Shown here: positions 26,155-38,919 of the stretch, piece by piece | Numbering within the stretch: position 1 is the first letter of the stretch | How the letters are laid out: each line of letters begins with the position of its first letter | Assembly: GCF_025526975.1 (NCBI RefSeq) | Contig: NW_026515695.1 | Span: 124,001 to 188,000, forward strand | Direction: 5' to 3' | DNA: 64,000 bases | Source: Fimicolochytrium jonesii | Taxonomy: Eukaryota | Notes under the pieces: model-generated | The model's input: the letters and a program-made list of their open reading frames with translations, nothing else | What the model was told of the DNA's origin: nothing | The model's database searches: none | Position numbers and translations under genes: made by a program

Positions 26155-28212
26155 TCAAAGCAAAGGATGGGATAACTGCCGTCCCGCGCTTAGCCCGACA
26201 TCCTGGCTGCGGCTCAAGGCCGTAATCCCTCGCCCACCCGGACGCCCCTGCGCCGCACGTCTGCTTTTTCCAATCCACTCCAGTGTGTCGCGAACAACAT
26301 CTATGCTGATGGGTTTCCTCAAAATCTTGTTGGCTCCCGCGTCGTAAATGCTGCGCTCCTCTTCGACCAAACTGACACCGCTCGTGGAGACGATGAGTAG
26401 CTCCGACCACCCGTGTGATCGTAGCCACTTTATGGCTTCGGTTCCGTTCATGCGCGGCATGAAGTTGTCGATGAACATGGCGTCGAAGGGGCATTCGCCG
26501 ACTTTGGGGTAGGCACCGAACAGGTCGACGACTTCCTGCCCATCGGACGCGATATCGGCCGTGTGTCCCAGCGACTTCATGATGCGCTGCATCATCATCC
26601 GGCTGATCTTGTCGTCGTCGACGATCAGTATGTGCAAGGGGATGCTTTTTGCTGCGATCGTCAGCGCCGTGGCTTTTGCGGAGAGGATAGGCGAGTTCTT
26701 CGATGACGACGGTGTTCTTGACGCTGGTTTCGACCCGACGCTGCACGTCTTGGCGGAGAAGCGGAACCAGAATGTGGATCCCGCCCCGACGGTACTTTCG
26801 ATCCCGTACGTCCCGCCGATCGCCTGGATGATGTTGGCGCAAATCGCGAGGCCGAGTCCAGACCCTTTGCCTCCCTGATTCAGCTGGGCATCGATCTGCA
26901 CCCACGGCTTGAACAATTTGGCGATATTCTCGGCTGATATCCCAATCCCCTCGTCCGACACTCCGACATACACCTCCACTGTCTCCCCATTTGACGGCCC
27001 TACAACAGCGGTCTCGACTGTGATGGCTTTGCGTTCAGGCGTAAATTTGATCGCGTTCGAAATCAAGTTCGCCAGAACTTGCCGGAACCGAAAGTCATCC
27101 AAAACGATACATCTCGGTACGTTCAGATCCAAGTTCGTCGAGACAATGACACCCTTTGCATTGGCCGACGCGGCCATGACATGGACAACGGTAAGGATGC
27201 TCTGATGTATATCGCATGGTTGCGGATTGAGTTGGAAGAATCCTTCAGCGATCTTCTGAAAGTCGAGGACATCATTCAGTAACGTCTCGATCGAGCGCAG
27301 GCCTGTGTTGAGCACCTCAATGAGGCTGGCATCATAGTCCTTTGCGCCTCCTTTCTCGAGTAAGTTGACGCTCTGAATGAGAGTATTAAGCGGGACGCGG
27401 ATCTCATGGAACACGTAACCAGTCAATTGCCGTTTCTTCTCCTCGACGCGTTTCGTCTCCAAGATCTCGTTGTTGAGGTCGACCTGGAGCTTGAAAGATG
27501 TGCGGCGGTGGTTGTCCAAGATGATGGCGAATATGAACATGAAGATCTGAAAGACGGTGATGAGGATGTAAAGAGTAAACTGCGAGGAGTCGCCCATGAA
27601 GACGAGTATGCCGAGGTACAGGTCGGTCAGGAAGAGCACGAAACCGTATAAGCCCTTGTGCGTGTTGAAGATGTAGAGCTGTATGAAGGGGCCGAAGGTG
27701 ATATACAGTCCTTCGTTCGCTCTGGTTGGATAATTGTCCGTGGCGCATTCGGGGACGGGATCGTTCCTGCAGCGATGGTCTTCAATTAATGCGACCACAA
27801 CCCAGGCAACGCTGTTGAGCATCAGTAGGAAGTCCCATATCCGGCTCTTCTGCCAGTCTTTTCGGAAAGATCCAATGGCGGCGACGACACTGAGAGGGCC
27901 GAGGAGCCCGAAATCGACGCCCCACGTGTATGTTGACTGGAACTGCCCATTGAAGTGGGTAAGCAGCATCATCCCTCCCCAATGGGCCAGGATTCCCACC
28001 CCAACCACCTTGGTTATACGGGAGAGCCATCGGTCGGCTAGAAGAGACTCGTGGTACTCGGCCTCTCTCTTCTGGGCGAACCGGATGCCGAAGAGGCGCA
28101 TCTTGTCGTCGTTAAGCAAAAACTTTGACAACCGAGCACGAAGCGAAAGCACTGCAGCGTTCATTGAGTTGAGCGTCGGACTTGGGCGGCGGGAGTAAAT
28201 GCGGGGTAGCAT
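26155..28212 (-). CDS. Membrane hybrid histidine kinase (TM sensor-HisKA-HATPase-receiver), intronless
   Basis: 685-aa ORF; several hydrophobic segments; H-box YVFHEIRVPLN; N-box QVLANLISNAIKFT; DEGIG; GSGLGL; receiver ILIVDDD...FIDNFMP..NG...KP. Confidence 0.93.
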   Translation of the reverse strand: MLPRIYSRRPSPTLNSMNAAVLSLRARLSKFLLNDDKMRLFGIRFAQKREAEYHESLLADRWLSRITKVVGVGILAHWGGMMLLTHFNGQFQSTYTWGVDFGLLGPLSVVAAIGSFRKDWQKSRIWDFLLMLNSVAWVVVALIEDHRCRNDPVPECATDNYPTRANEGLYITFGPFIQLYIFNTHKGLYGFVLFLTDLYLGILVFMGDSSQFTLYILITVFQIFMFIFAIILDNHRRTSFKLQVDLNNEILETKRVEEKKRQLTGYVFHEIRVPLNTLIQSVNLLEKGGAKDYDASLIEVLNTGLRSIETLLNDVLDFQKIAEGFFQLNPQPCDIHQSILTVVHVMAASANAKGVIVSTNLDLNVPRCIVLDDFRFRQVLANLISNAIKFTPERKAITVETAVVGPSNGETVEVYVGVSDEGIGISAENIAKLFKPWVQIDAQLNQGGKGSGLGLAICANIIQAIGGTYGIESTVGAGSTFWFRFSAKTCSVGSKPASRTPSSSKNSPILSAKATALTIAAKSIPLHILIVDDDKISRMMMQRIMKSLGHTADIASDGQEVVDLFGAYPKVGECPFDAMFIDNFMPRMNGTEAIKWLRSHGWSELLIVSTSGVSLVEEERSIYDAGANKILRKPISIDVVRDTLEWIGKSRRAAQGRPGGRGITALSRSQDVGLSAGRQLSHPLL

Positions 28213-29820
28213 TATGCGCAGTTTGGGACACGGAGAGAAAGGCGATCATTCGAAAGCGAGGGAAACAAACGCTCGGAGGCCCCGGAGACCGACCAGAAGG
28301 ACAAATGCTCCCCCCACGATCAGGTGGAAGGTGGAAGGGATTGCATGCAGACCCTTCCGGACGCTCGATGTCGCCAAACTCAGAATCCCACAAGCTGAAT
28401 TTGAAGACGCTTATGTCACATTCGCGTCGGGCCCTGACAATCGAACGCGTCCAAACCCCTTCTGGAAACGGCAACAAAACTCACCGAACAATGATACCGC
28501 ATTCTTGCCAAAGTCCCGGCTGGCAGCCCAGAAAAAGATGGACGGTCTCAGAGCTGTTTGTCTTTCAGATTCTCTAGAATCAAATCGATTTCCGCATGAG
28601 TTACTCCTCTCTTCCGTTACGCACCTATCGAGGATAAATGGCCCGACCCCTCCGGTAGGCGGATATCAAAGCATGAGAGCTTTTTTCTTGGATCGCCATC
28701 CCTGCTGTCATCCGCGGCTATGTATGTATGTCTGAATCCCTTCTGACGTACATCCCCACGGGAGGTGACCTCATACCGACATCTCGCAGGATCGCCCGTC
28801 CGCTGGAATCAAATCCCTGTTTTTCTCGTCTCTCCGACATATCTGTCAAAAATCCCTTCGGATAGGGTCGCGCGGCAAAGGGTCCATAGGCATGACGTTT
28901 GTCGATGAACTCCTTAGAGGGGAATTCTGAATTATCCGGAAAAGCATCAAACTGCGACCATTGTGTTCCGTGTGGACAACATTCTCTTCCGCAATCACAC
29001 TACAGAAACGTCACTCTTCCGTCCTTCGGTCCGTTCACGGTTTGACGGTATATGCGTTTGGACAGCCTGATGGTCCGTATATGGCAAAGCCCTTGGGAGG
29101 CTGCTGATGATCGACATCCATCGGCGATTCAGCTTGGGCAGTCCAACAACGGACGGGCGCGACAACGAGCGTCGAAGCGCCGTTTGTTATGGGGCAATGG
29201 TGTGGATGGATTTCAGTGGCATGCATGCATGTTATGCGGCGCTAGCTGCTAATGGTGAGGTACCGCTAAGCGTTCCCACGGTAATGCTGCGGACACTTTG
29301 ATGATGTTAAGAGTATGCACGTTCGCAAGGCATTGATGCGGGCACACATGACGGTGTTTCTCAGCGATTCAGGAGATCAACCGGCGTGGGTACACGGATT
29401 GAGGCATGTCACAACTGATTTTCATGAGTGGCCGAAACGCGGAGAGCGCTATGGTCTGTGCGTTCTTAGAAACGATGCGCTGCCGGCAAAAAGTGCTGTT
29501 GAATAGCCCAGCCGAGACAGCACTTGATGGGCACCCATCAATAATCCCGTCAGCGTACGGCGTTGATCTGAAGGTATTTTGTACGCGAGGCCCTACGGGG
29601 TGATATATCACACATATACTGTACACGAGGTATGAGAGCAATTAAGAAGGGCTCGGCACGATATTACTGTCCGGGTCGAGGAACAAAAAGGGAGGTGAAG
29701 CGGGTTCATCTACATACGATACAAACTACATACGATACAAATACGTCGTGCGTGATACTGCCTCAAATTACAAAAGCTAGCTAAAAAGATATCCAAGCTA
29801 TTCATCGTCGGTGTGTTGGT

Positions 29821-31951
29821 TTATTCTACCCAGTTCAAAGACCGCTCAACGGCTTTCTTCCATTGTCCGTAGCGTTCGGCGCGGTTAGCGGTTTCGATTG
29901 TGGGTTTGAAAATGTCCGGCTTGGCGCTGGCTTTGAAGTTGTCGAGGTCCTTCCAGACGCCAACGGTCAGACCGGCGGCGAGGGCGGCGCCTAGGGCGGT
30001 GGTTTCGGACATGGCGGGGCGTTCTGAGGAGGAAGGAGATGATTTAGCATCGGTGCGAGACTACGGATAAGGAACGGGAGGCATGTTTGAGAACTCACCA
30101 ACGTCAATGCCCAAAAGGTCGGCCTGTATTTGCATGCCGAGGTCGGAGGCGGTCATACCACCATCAACCTTAAGGACGGCAAGGTCGGTACCAGCGTCAG
30201 CGTTCATGGCGTCAAGGACCTCCTTGCTCTGGAAGCAGACGGCCTCAAGGGTGGCACGCGCAATGTGCTCACGAGTAGCGTATTGCGTCAGACCGACGAT
30301 ACATCCACGAGCGTCGTCCCTCCAGTGGGGCGCAAAAAGTCCCGAGAAGGCGGGGACAAAGTAGACGCCTCCAGTGTCCTCAACGGCGGAAGCGAGCTCG
30401 TTGACCTCAGCGGCGCTCTTGATCATCTTGAGGTTATCCCGCAACCACTTGATGGCGGCGCCGGCGATGGCGACGGAGCCTTCGAGGGCGTAGATAGCTT
30501 CGGCGTCCTTGCCGAGCTTGTAGCCCACAGTGGTGAGGAGACCGTGGGTGGAGATGACGGGCTTGGAGCCGGTGTTGAACAACATGAAGCAGCCAGTGCC
30601 GTAGGTGTTCTTTACTTCTCCGGGGTTGAAGCAGCGTTGTCCAACGACAGCGGCTTGTTGGTCTCCGAGACACTAAAGGAGAAGAGCAAGTTGATGTTTT
30701 AGTAGACTGTCACGAAATTTGAGGCCAAGAGCAAATCCGATTACTCACCCCTGCGAGAGGAACGCCAGCGAAAGGTCCGTCGACAACGTTTCCGTAAACC
30801 TCAGCACTGGAAACGATTTCGGGAAGGACATTCTTCTTGACGCCAAAGAACGACAGAATCTCGTCGTCCCACTGCAGCGTGTGCAAGTTCATGAACATGG
30901 TACGGGAAGCGTTGGTCACATCAGACACGTGCTTTCCACCTTTCACACCACCAGTCAAGTTGTAAATCAACCAGGAGTCGACGGTTCCAAACGCCAGCCT
31001 GTCCTCGTCATGCGCCTTCTTGACCGCCTCGTCGTTGTCCAGCAACCATCGAAGTTTCACGCCTGAGAAGTAGGTGGAGAATGGCAGACCGCACTTTTCT
31101 TGCCAGTGCGTGACGCTGCCAGACTTCTCCACGAGCTGCTTGACGGTCCCGTTGGTGCGGCCGTCGAGCCACACGATGGCGTGATGCAATGGCTTGCCGG
31201 TGGTCTTGTCCCAAACGACGGTGGTCTCGCGCTGGTTGGTGATTCCGATGGCTTTGATCTCGGAAAGCTCGTGGCCGAGGGCTTTGAACTTTTTGGCGGC
31301 TTCTGTCACACACTGCGTGACGGAGGCCATGATGACCTCTGGGTCGTGCTCACACCATCCGGCTTTAGGGTAGATCTGGGCGAACTCTTCCTGGTGCATG
31401 GCCACGATGGCGCCTTGGTCGTCAAAGATCATGAACCGGGAGCTGCTCGTGCCCTGGTCGATGGCACCGACGAATTTCTTGGGAGCCATGTTTGCCTTTG
31501 GTGCTACTGGTGCTGCTTCAGTGGCGGAGGTGGCTGCCGCTGCTGGTGTGGTGGTGGTGGTGGTGGTGGTGGTGGGGCCTTTTGATGAGGCAGTGGATGT
31601 CAAGTTTGGGGTGGATTTTGAGGCACGAGACGAGGAGTCCAAGGGGGCCGCGTTTTTGACCCTCTTGAACAGGCGCGCAAGTCGGGACTTGGGCTTCGCA
31701 GCTGGGACAGCAGTGGCCGGAGAGGACGTTTCGCCAAGCATGCTGACAAGGAGTGCTATCGGGCGGGCTTCAAATGACTTTGTGTTCGGATATTGAGGCG
31801 ACGGCTGCCTGGCATGTGGCCGGGTATAAATGTGTTTCTGAAAGGCCTCGTTCCGACACCATCCTGCCGGGGTGAACCGCGGAAAGCACCGTGGAAAACA
31901 GCTCGCCTCAACAGCACGGGCAATGGCCGCTGGTCGTGTACGGAGCAGCAT
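29821..31951 (-). CDS. GUT1: Glycerol kinase (3 exons; in-frame ATGs at 31951, 31741, 31489)
   Basis: [63 protein letters not shown]. Confidence 0.95.
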
Positions 31952-32889
31952 GCTTCCTCTTGACTTGCATTAGCAGATGCGTAAGCCCAGGGCTTTTCTT
32001 GCACGTCTTCGGGCTCGAATTCCGTGCGCACGAGACCCCGTTCGGAGGCGAAAAGTGGCACGAAAATCCTCGTTTCCGGAGATGCTTTTGCGGTTCAAAG
32101 ACGGCCCAATATAAGTGACGAAAAGGGACGCCATTTGATTTACCCCACCTAATCAAAAAGCCTATGCCCAACACTGGCAGTCATTACGTAGCGAGCGCCT
32201 TTGCGCGTCACGGTAAGTCACGAGTGGGTTGCGGCTTACCTCAAAAATTGCAGGTCAAAACGCGGGAATGCCTCCGTGTTCTCATGTGGGTCGCACGCCT
32301 GCCAGTCAGACAAACAACAACCCCCATGTGAGAATTGCAGGTGGGTTTGTGTCCATTTCATAGTTTTTCATTATGACCGGGAAAAACATTGCCGTACCAC
32401 CGAAGAATCCACGACACCAAATGAACACTGTTCCAAGCTGGTTCCAAGCTGGTGTGGCCCCGCCAACGTACGATGGGGCCACATCATTCCACTCTCCGCT
32501 TCCAAAACGGCAACAGTATAGTTGACATGCGAAGACCGACCAAGACCAATGAGAAAATGAGAATCGTCTCCAGGACATGATTGCATGCAGCGACTAGATT
32601 TTGTTATACAGAACTTGATGGTATGAAAGTGTGTCTAATAATGTACAAATGCAAAACGGCGTCGAAGACAGGAAAAAGGCCTGACGCCTGGGTGGTATGT
32701 GATGGATGGCCTGCCGTTCGGGTACGAAAGCCGGGAGGTGTTAATGTACGATGTATGGGTATGTACTTGTGGTGGGAGATGCGCTGGGCGGTGTCATGCG
32801 GTTGGCATTGCGACGGTTGCAAGCGGTCCAGCCGCAGATGCCATGTAGCGGTCGATGCGACGGGCGATGGCGGCGGTTCGAAGACTCTG

Positions 32890-33336
32890 TCAAGAGCTCG
32901 GACCGGTCGTGGCACTCCTCCTCCTCCTCGCCACCGCCTCCCCACTGCCTGGCCTGCCCTTTCTCTCCCCACCCTCCTTCACCGCAGGCGCATCGGATGC
33001 TTCTATGATATTTGCATCCGCTTCCGTTTTTGTGTTGACACTCCCACCAATGCTCACATGGAGGAGCCACTCACACATCCCTCGTGTGAACAGTACCGCC
33101 ACGAGTGCCGATGCGAGCGCCCAAAATAGGGCTACCGAGGGATCTGTCGCTGTTGGTGGGTCGATAGGCTGTTGCTGTTGTTGTTGATGATGTGGTGGTG
33201 GTGGTGGTAGGGACGCGGAGGAAGGTGTATCGGAAGCGGGCGAATAGGCGGGTGGTGGTGGACAGGCGGCGAGGAAGCCGAGTTGCGATTGAAGGTGGTG
33301 GGCTAGAAACTGAGCCGTGGTGGCAACCATGTTCAT
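32890..33336 (-). CDS. Hypothetical small single-pass membrane protein (Pro/Gln-rich)
   Basis: ORF with poly-P/H/Q tract and hydrophobic segment VALFWALASALVAVLF; no family recognised. Confidence 0.35.
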   Translation of the reverse strand: MNMVATTAQFLAHHLQSQLGFLAACPPPPAYSPASDTPSSASLPPPPPHHQQQQQQPIDPPTATDPSVALFWALASALVAVLFTRGMCEWLLHVSIGGSVNTKTEADANIIEASDAPAVKEGGERKGRPGSGEAVARRRRSATTGPSS

Positions 33337-34493
33337 TTCGGGCTTAGGTGAGGGAGCGTTTGTGAGCAGTGTCGTCCTCGTCGTTTGAAGCGCGACAGAA
33401 GGATAAAGCGGGCAAGGAAGCCTTGGTGTATGTGCCGATCGGAGGATGCAGATAGATTGGTCGTCAAAGCGCGGGCGTCGCAACCGCACGGTCTTATATA
33501 CATCCGCTCGCCAAGGAACAGACCAAAGGATGCCAAAAAAGAAACAGGAGCTGGACCAAACGTCCCGAGTCGGGTGTCGAACGAAAATGGTGCAATGCCT
33601 GATAATGCAGTGGCCGTACGTACAGACAGTACAGTTGCTCGCCAGAACAATACCCAGCGATTGTTCGAGCAAGACGGCTCACGAGCACGACATGAGGTGG
33701 GAAGGCAGAAGGAGGAAGAGAAGACCCCTATGAGTTTTGGGGCTTTTGCGCTGTCATCGAGTCTTGCGCGGCCTTTTGGGGTAAAAGGCCGCGGTTATGG
33801 ATGGCACGGAGGGTTAAGGTAGGCCGTACGGTCTACTATCGCCGGACTTGCGCACAGGACATCAGGGCAGCGGCCTCGGGTGATGATAGACCTGTTTTAG
33901 TCAGACAGGCGAGGTCGCCAGGTAGCCGCCCCGAACAGGGCTTTTTTGCACCAAACTTTCGAGTTGGGGCGAGAGAGAACAGGCGATGTCGGGCAGGCGC
34001 GTCGCTTTTGGCTCCCAACAATCGTAAAGACACCCACCACAGGCACGCGGAGACGAACAAAGAAAGCACAACCAGGAGATGGGAAGCCGGCTGGGAAGTT
34101 GGGTGACATGACACCACCGTGACCACCCCACAGCGCCTTAATGTTAACCCTAACTCGTAAAGTAGAGTTCTCGCCCTCACTCTCCTGACCTGGCAGCGGG
34201 ATGGTCTCGCATATGCTGCCGAACTCCGCGGCAGTCGACATTCCCCTTGAGCGATGACATCCGAGAACGCGTCCGTTGCGCGTTGCAATTCCGATTTCGA
34301 CATTTTTGTCTGCTTCACCAGATCAAAACTTTGACAGCATCCGCCTCTCGGAAAGAAGTGCACTTCGACAGAAGGATATATGTCATTTTTCTAGCTCTCA
34401 TTTGGCCTCTCAAGCATTCGATTTAGGTATGGACCTTGAATGACTGTTTCCATGATTCAAAGCCTGATCTCTGATCTCAGTCCGCAGAAGAGA

Positions 34494-37400
34494 ATGGAAG
34501 TCCAAGAAGACATATCGGCGGCATTGGTGAACGAGGATCGTTTATAACCAGCCCCGTTTTGCAGATCTAACCAAACCTCTTGCTCCCAAAGACCCTGGAC
34601 TGGGCTTTTGGTTTCAACCGGACCATTGTCGGTGGGATTCATGCAATCAAGGAGAATGTACGTACAAGTTGGTGTTGTCCGGAGATCAACAAGATTCATG
34701 GACAAGGGACTGAATTCTGGTCTGTGCGGATGAAAGACCATATTCTACGCATCAGCGCACGTCGGTGTAATCTACGACCACGCGTCCGGGAAACAAGATT
34801 GCCTCATGGGCCACGTACGTCCTCCATGCTTCGTAGAAGTCTCATGCATATCGACATGTCTAAACGCTCTCCTTAAACAGTGCAACGAAATCGCAGCCCT
34901 AACAACCTCCACCGACAAACGCTTCCTTGTAACCGCCGACAAGGGCGCCAACTCCACCATCATCGTCTGGGACACGGCGGTTGCGAACAACCGGTCGGGG
35001 AGACCGCTGCCGATCCGGACGTTGTTTGATCCGCATGGAGGTGCTGGGGTGGTGGCGGTGGGGTTGTCGGCTGATGCGAAGTGGCTGGTTTCCTTGGGGG
35101 CGGGTGAGTGGGATGGTTTATGGTTCTGTCCGATGTAAGGAAGAATTCAATGGATATCTGACGTTGTTGGATGGGTTAGATACGCCGCAGACCATCTGCG
35201 TATATGATTGGACGGATGAGGATGATAAGCCGTTGAAGACGGCAGTGGTTGAAGGACCGGCCCAGGTATGTCCGTCACAGATCATAGCAGCATGGCCTGT
35301 GTATCGGCTATTGGCTTACTCTGCTCTCAGGTATCACTGCAAGTCAACCCCGCCGATCCATTCGAGATCCTCAGCACAAGTCTCGGCGGCGTAAACTTCT
35401 ACGTCTGGTCCCTCGATACGAACATCGAACAACACCCAGGGTCCCTGAGTCCAAAGTACGGCCTTCCTCCCATTCGCTCTATACCCCTCCACTGCCTGCA
35501 CTCACCCAATCGTTCTCATACAACAGAGATTTCAAGCACATTCCCACCTCCTTCACCCATTCCACCTTCCTGCCCAGCACGCCCGCGAACTCGCTCGGGC
35601 AGGCCATGTCTGCCACCGCGATGGGCGATGTGGTCGTGTGGACGGACCGGAGTCTGGTCAATTTGACTGAGAAACTTGAGAGGGGGAATAAGACTGCAGT
35701 AAAGGTTATGAAGTAAGACCCAAACCGATGCTTTGGGTTGAAGGCAGGTCCGCTGTCTTCATCTTTGACCAGTTCCTGATGGTTGCCGTAGGCTGCACAA
35801 TGGAAGCATCAACCTGTTGACGATAGTGGGCGGAAAGTATCTGGTCACGGGCGGTGGTGATGGGTTTGTCCGTGTGTACGATTTGCAGGTACGCCAGCGA
35901 TCTCTGAATGCATCAAGTTCCACCTTCATGTTCATCAAACCTCACCCGCCCTCAGTTCCGGCTAATAGTCTGGTTCGAGCGTCTCCGCGGCGGCCCCATC
36001 GTCTCCATCTCCACACTCCTCACCAGCTCGCTCGTAGTCCCATCAACGGACGACGTCGACGACAAGGAGCAGAAAGCACCGGAAATCGATTCCCACCAGG
36101 ACTTGCCGGATCTGATCATTGCGACGAAACACTCGAAAGTGATTAAGCTGCTAAGGCCGATGGAGAATGTTGGGAAAGATGCTGCGGCGGGGAAGGGAGC
36201 TGTTGCTGGGGTGAGTTGTGGTCGTGGCCTAGATGCCTTTTTGTTGCTTGGCGGAACCTTTTTTGATATAATCTCTGCCACCTAGCTGGGCGCCTCGACA
36301 GAGATTCTCATGGAAGGGTCGTACGATCCAGTAGAGGCGCTAGCGGTGCATCCCGTCCTCCCGCAGTTTGCTGTGGGAGGGGAGAGCGGTGAGTTATTGT
36401 AGTGCGACGTACCAAATCGTAGGAAAGCGTTTCACTTACACATGTTTACTCAGGCATCTTGATCGTCTGGGACTACGATACCAAACGGATGGTGATGTCA
36501 AAACAGTTCGATGAGCCCAGAGACTCCAAAGACCCGATGGCGAAACACCAACCGAAAGAGTTCGACTTGCTGAAAATCAGCAGTCTCGCATATAGCACCG
36601 ACGGCGGTAGTATAGGTAAGGAGGCTATCTCTGTGCGCCTACGGGCAAGTCATGGGCTCATTCACTACCAAAATGCAGCACTCGGCTTTACCAACGGAAC
36701 TCTTCGCATCGTATCCTCCACCACACTACTCGACCTTCCGCAATCAACGCCAGCATCGCATCGGCCCGGTCTTCCCGGCTACGCCGCGGCCAAGGCGCCC
36801 ATCACCCGCATCGCCTTCTCCGACACTTCCGTGGGGACAGCTCAAGGGCTTTGGATGGCCATTGCAGACGAAGGACATGGGGTTGGGGTGTTCCACTATG
36901 GTCTTGGGGATCAAAAGAAGAAGGAATGGGTCTTCGTGGGACGGTGCAGGGGGCATTACAAGGAGATTGTTGGTGAGTACATGCCGGAGCTGCGTCGAAT
37001 TGTTTCCCATCACAACATCACCTAAGTTTTTTGCTTTCGGACAGGCATCCAATTCGTCCCACCGCAACCAACCCTCACCTTTCCCCGCCTCATGTCCGTC
37101 TCCTCGGACCGCCATCTTGTCGAGTACGATCTCGAATCCTCCAGCATCACAGCCGGCGTCCTCATCAGATCCAAGCTCCAAATCGACCAACTGCATCGCC
37201 CGCTCGCCGCAGCACTTCACCCGTCCCCACCGCTCCGAGGTCCCAATGACGCGCCGCAGCACTACATCCTGACCGCCAACTCCGGAAGCAAATTCAAGCT
37301 GTACAATGCAGAAACGGGCATGTGTCGGCGAACGGTGGTTGCTCCCGCGTATGGTGGCGATATCCGACATCTGCAGTTCGTACCCGCCCCTCGCAGCGAG

Positions 37401-38599
37401 TCCCCACAACAACAGCAACCACAAAGCGGCTACCTCGCCTACGCCACCACCACAAAAGTCGTCGGCCTCGTCAAACTGCCCCTGGACGGCAACCCACACC
37501 GCTCAATGGGCTTGTACGCGCACCCAGGCGCCATCGCAGCCATCGCCGCGACGCCCGACGGCAAGCGGCTGTTGACGCTCGGGCGAGAGGAAGGGGTTGT
37601 GAATCTGTGGAATTTGAACCCGGCGGAACTGGATAAGGCGGTGGAGAATGGGGGGACGGGCGTGCATCCGTGGCTGGATTTGCTGTGTGATGGTGGCGAT
37701 GTGGAGGCGAGGGATGGGTTTGTGAGGGAGATGGAGGACTATTTTTACTATGCTCAGTTGAGGAGGTTTGTTACCCACCGGATGGTTTCTTGCCGATGCT
37801 ACCGATCGGCGTAAGAGCTACCTAGACCACATCGCTAACATGTGCATCTCATCCAACAACCCAGCCAAGGTGAAAACGCCGTAGCGGTCCGCAAAATCAG
37901 CCTCAAAGTGCCACTCGGCGAAGTCCCTCTGATCATGCAAGCCATGGGCCACTACCCCTCGCACGAGGAAACCGACGACATGCTCAACGAGGTGCGGTAT
38001 GCAGGCTGGTTCGACGGCTACTCGGCTGATCTCATCGAGACTGTTGGGTTTGATGATCTCATTAAATGTACGGCAACCATCTTTTCAAATCTCGCTGTTC
38101 TCACCAAGCATGCCTTAACCTTGTAATTCGAGAACAGTATACATCAACCACCGCCCCATCCAGGACTTCACCCGCTCCGAGATCTACAGCGCTCTATCGC
38201 ACGCCAAGCGGCTAGAACCCGGCGGGGCGCCCGTCGTCACAGGGCCTGCGCCGCTCGTCACGGACAGGGATAAGATCCGCAAGGAGGGGCTGATCAGTTT
38301 GTTGCAGCAGTATGGTGCGTTCACAAGTGCTGTTTCTTTCGGCACAACCTTCGCTCTCATCGAGCGATGCAAACATGAAACCTGACTGGAGATTTATTTT
38401 TCGTTGGCATCTCCCAGGCGAATCACTATCAACAAAAGACTTCACAGACGCCATGGCCTCGCTCCTCCAAGACGACCCAACCTACATGGGCGCCTTCCCC
38501 GAGCGCTTCACCCCGCGAGAGTTCGTCGAAGAAATCCTCGGTCTCGTTCCGCAAGTGATGGGCGGTGAGCCGGCGCGAGCGGGTGAGCCCGCCGCCTAA
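34494..38599 (+). CDS. CFAP251: Cilia- and flagella-associated protein 251 (WD40 + EF-hand-like C-terminus; many exons; start approximate)
   Basis: LDWAFGFN, DKRFLVTADKG.NS.IIVWD, GLVKLPLDGNPH..MGL.AHPG, MEDYFYYAQLR.QGE, MQAMGHYPS.EE..DM.NEV, YINHRP, LLQQYGE match WDR66/CFAP251. Confidence 0.85.
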
Positions 38600-38919
38600 A
38601 ATTATCAATGTGCTGCCTCTGCATAGTAGGGATTACATGAGCGATTGAGAAAAAGTCTTATTTCCTTATGTAGCCATGTGATTTCCATCTCCCCGAATCG
38701 CATTCGGGAAGGATTGGAAGGGGTATATATACATTTCATCCGATAGCGAAAAATATATGGGAATTAGATGCGGCTGAAGAAAGATGATGCCGGGAGGGAA
38801 GTGAATGCGAGATGTTGAACGCACGGAGATGCGCACACAGACCCTGTGCCCCAAGTGTCCACCCATGATGTTGAACACCACGTTCCAAAAGAAGAGCAGG
38901 CCTCGCCACACACAAGCTC

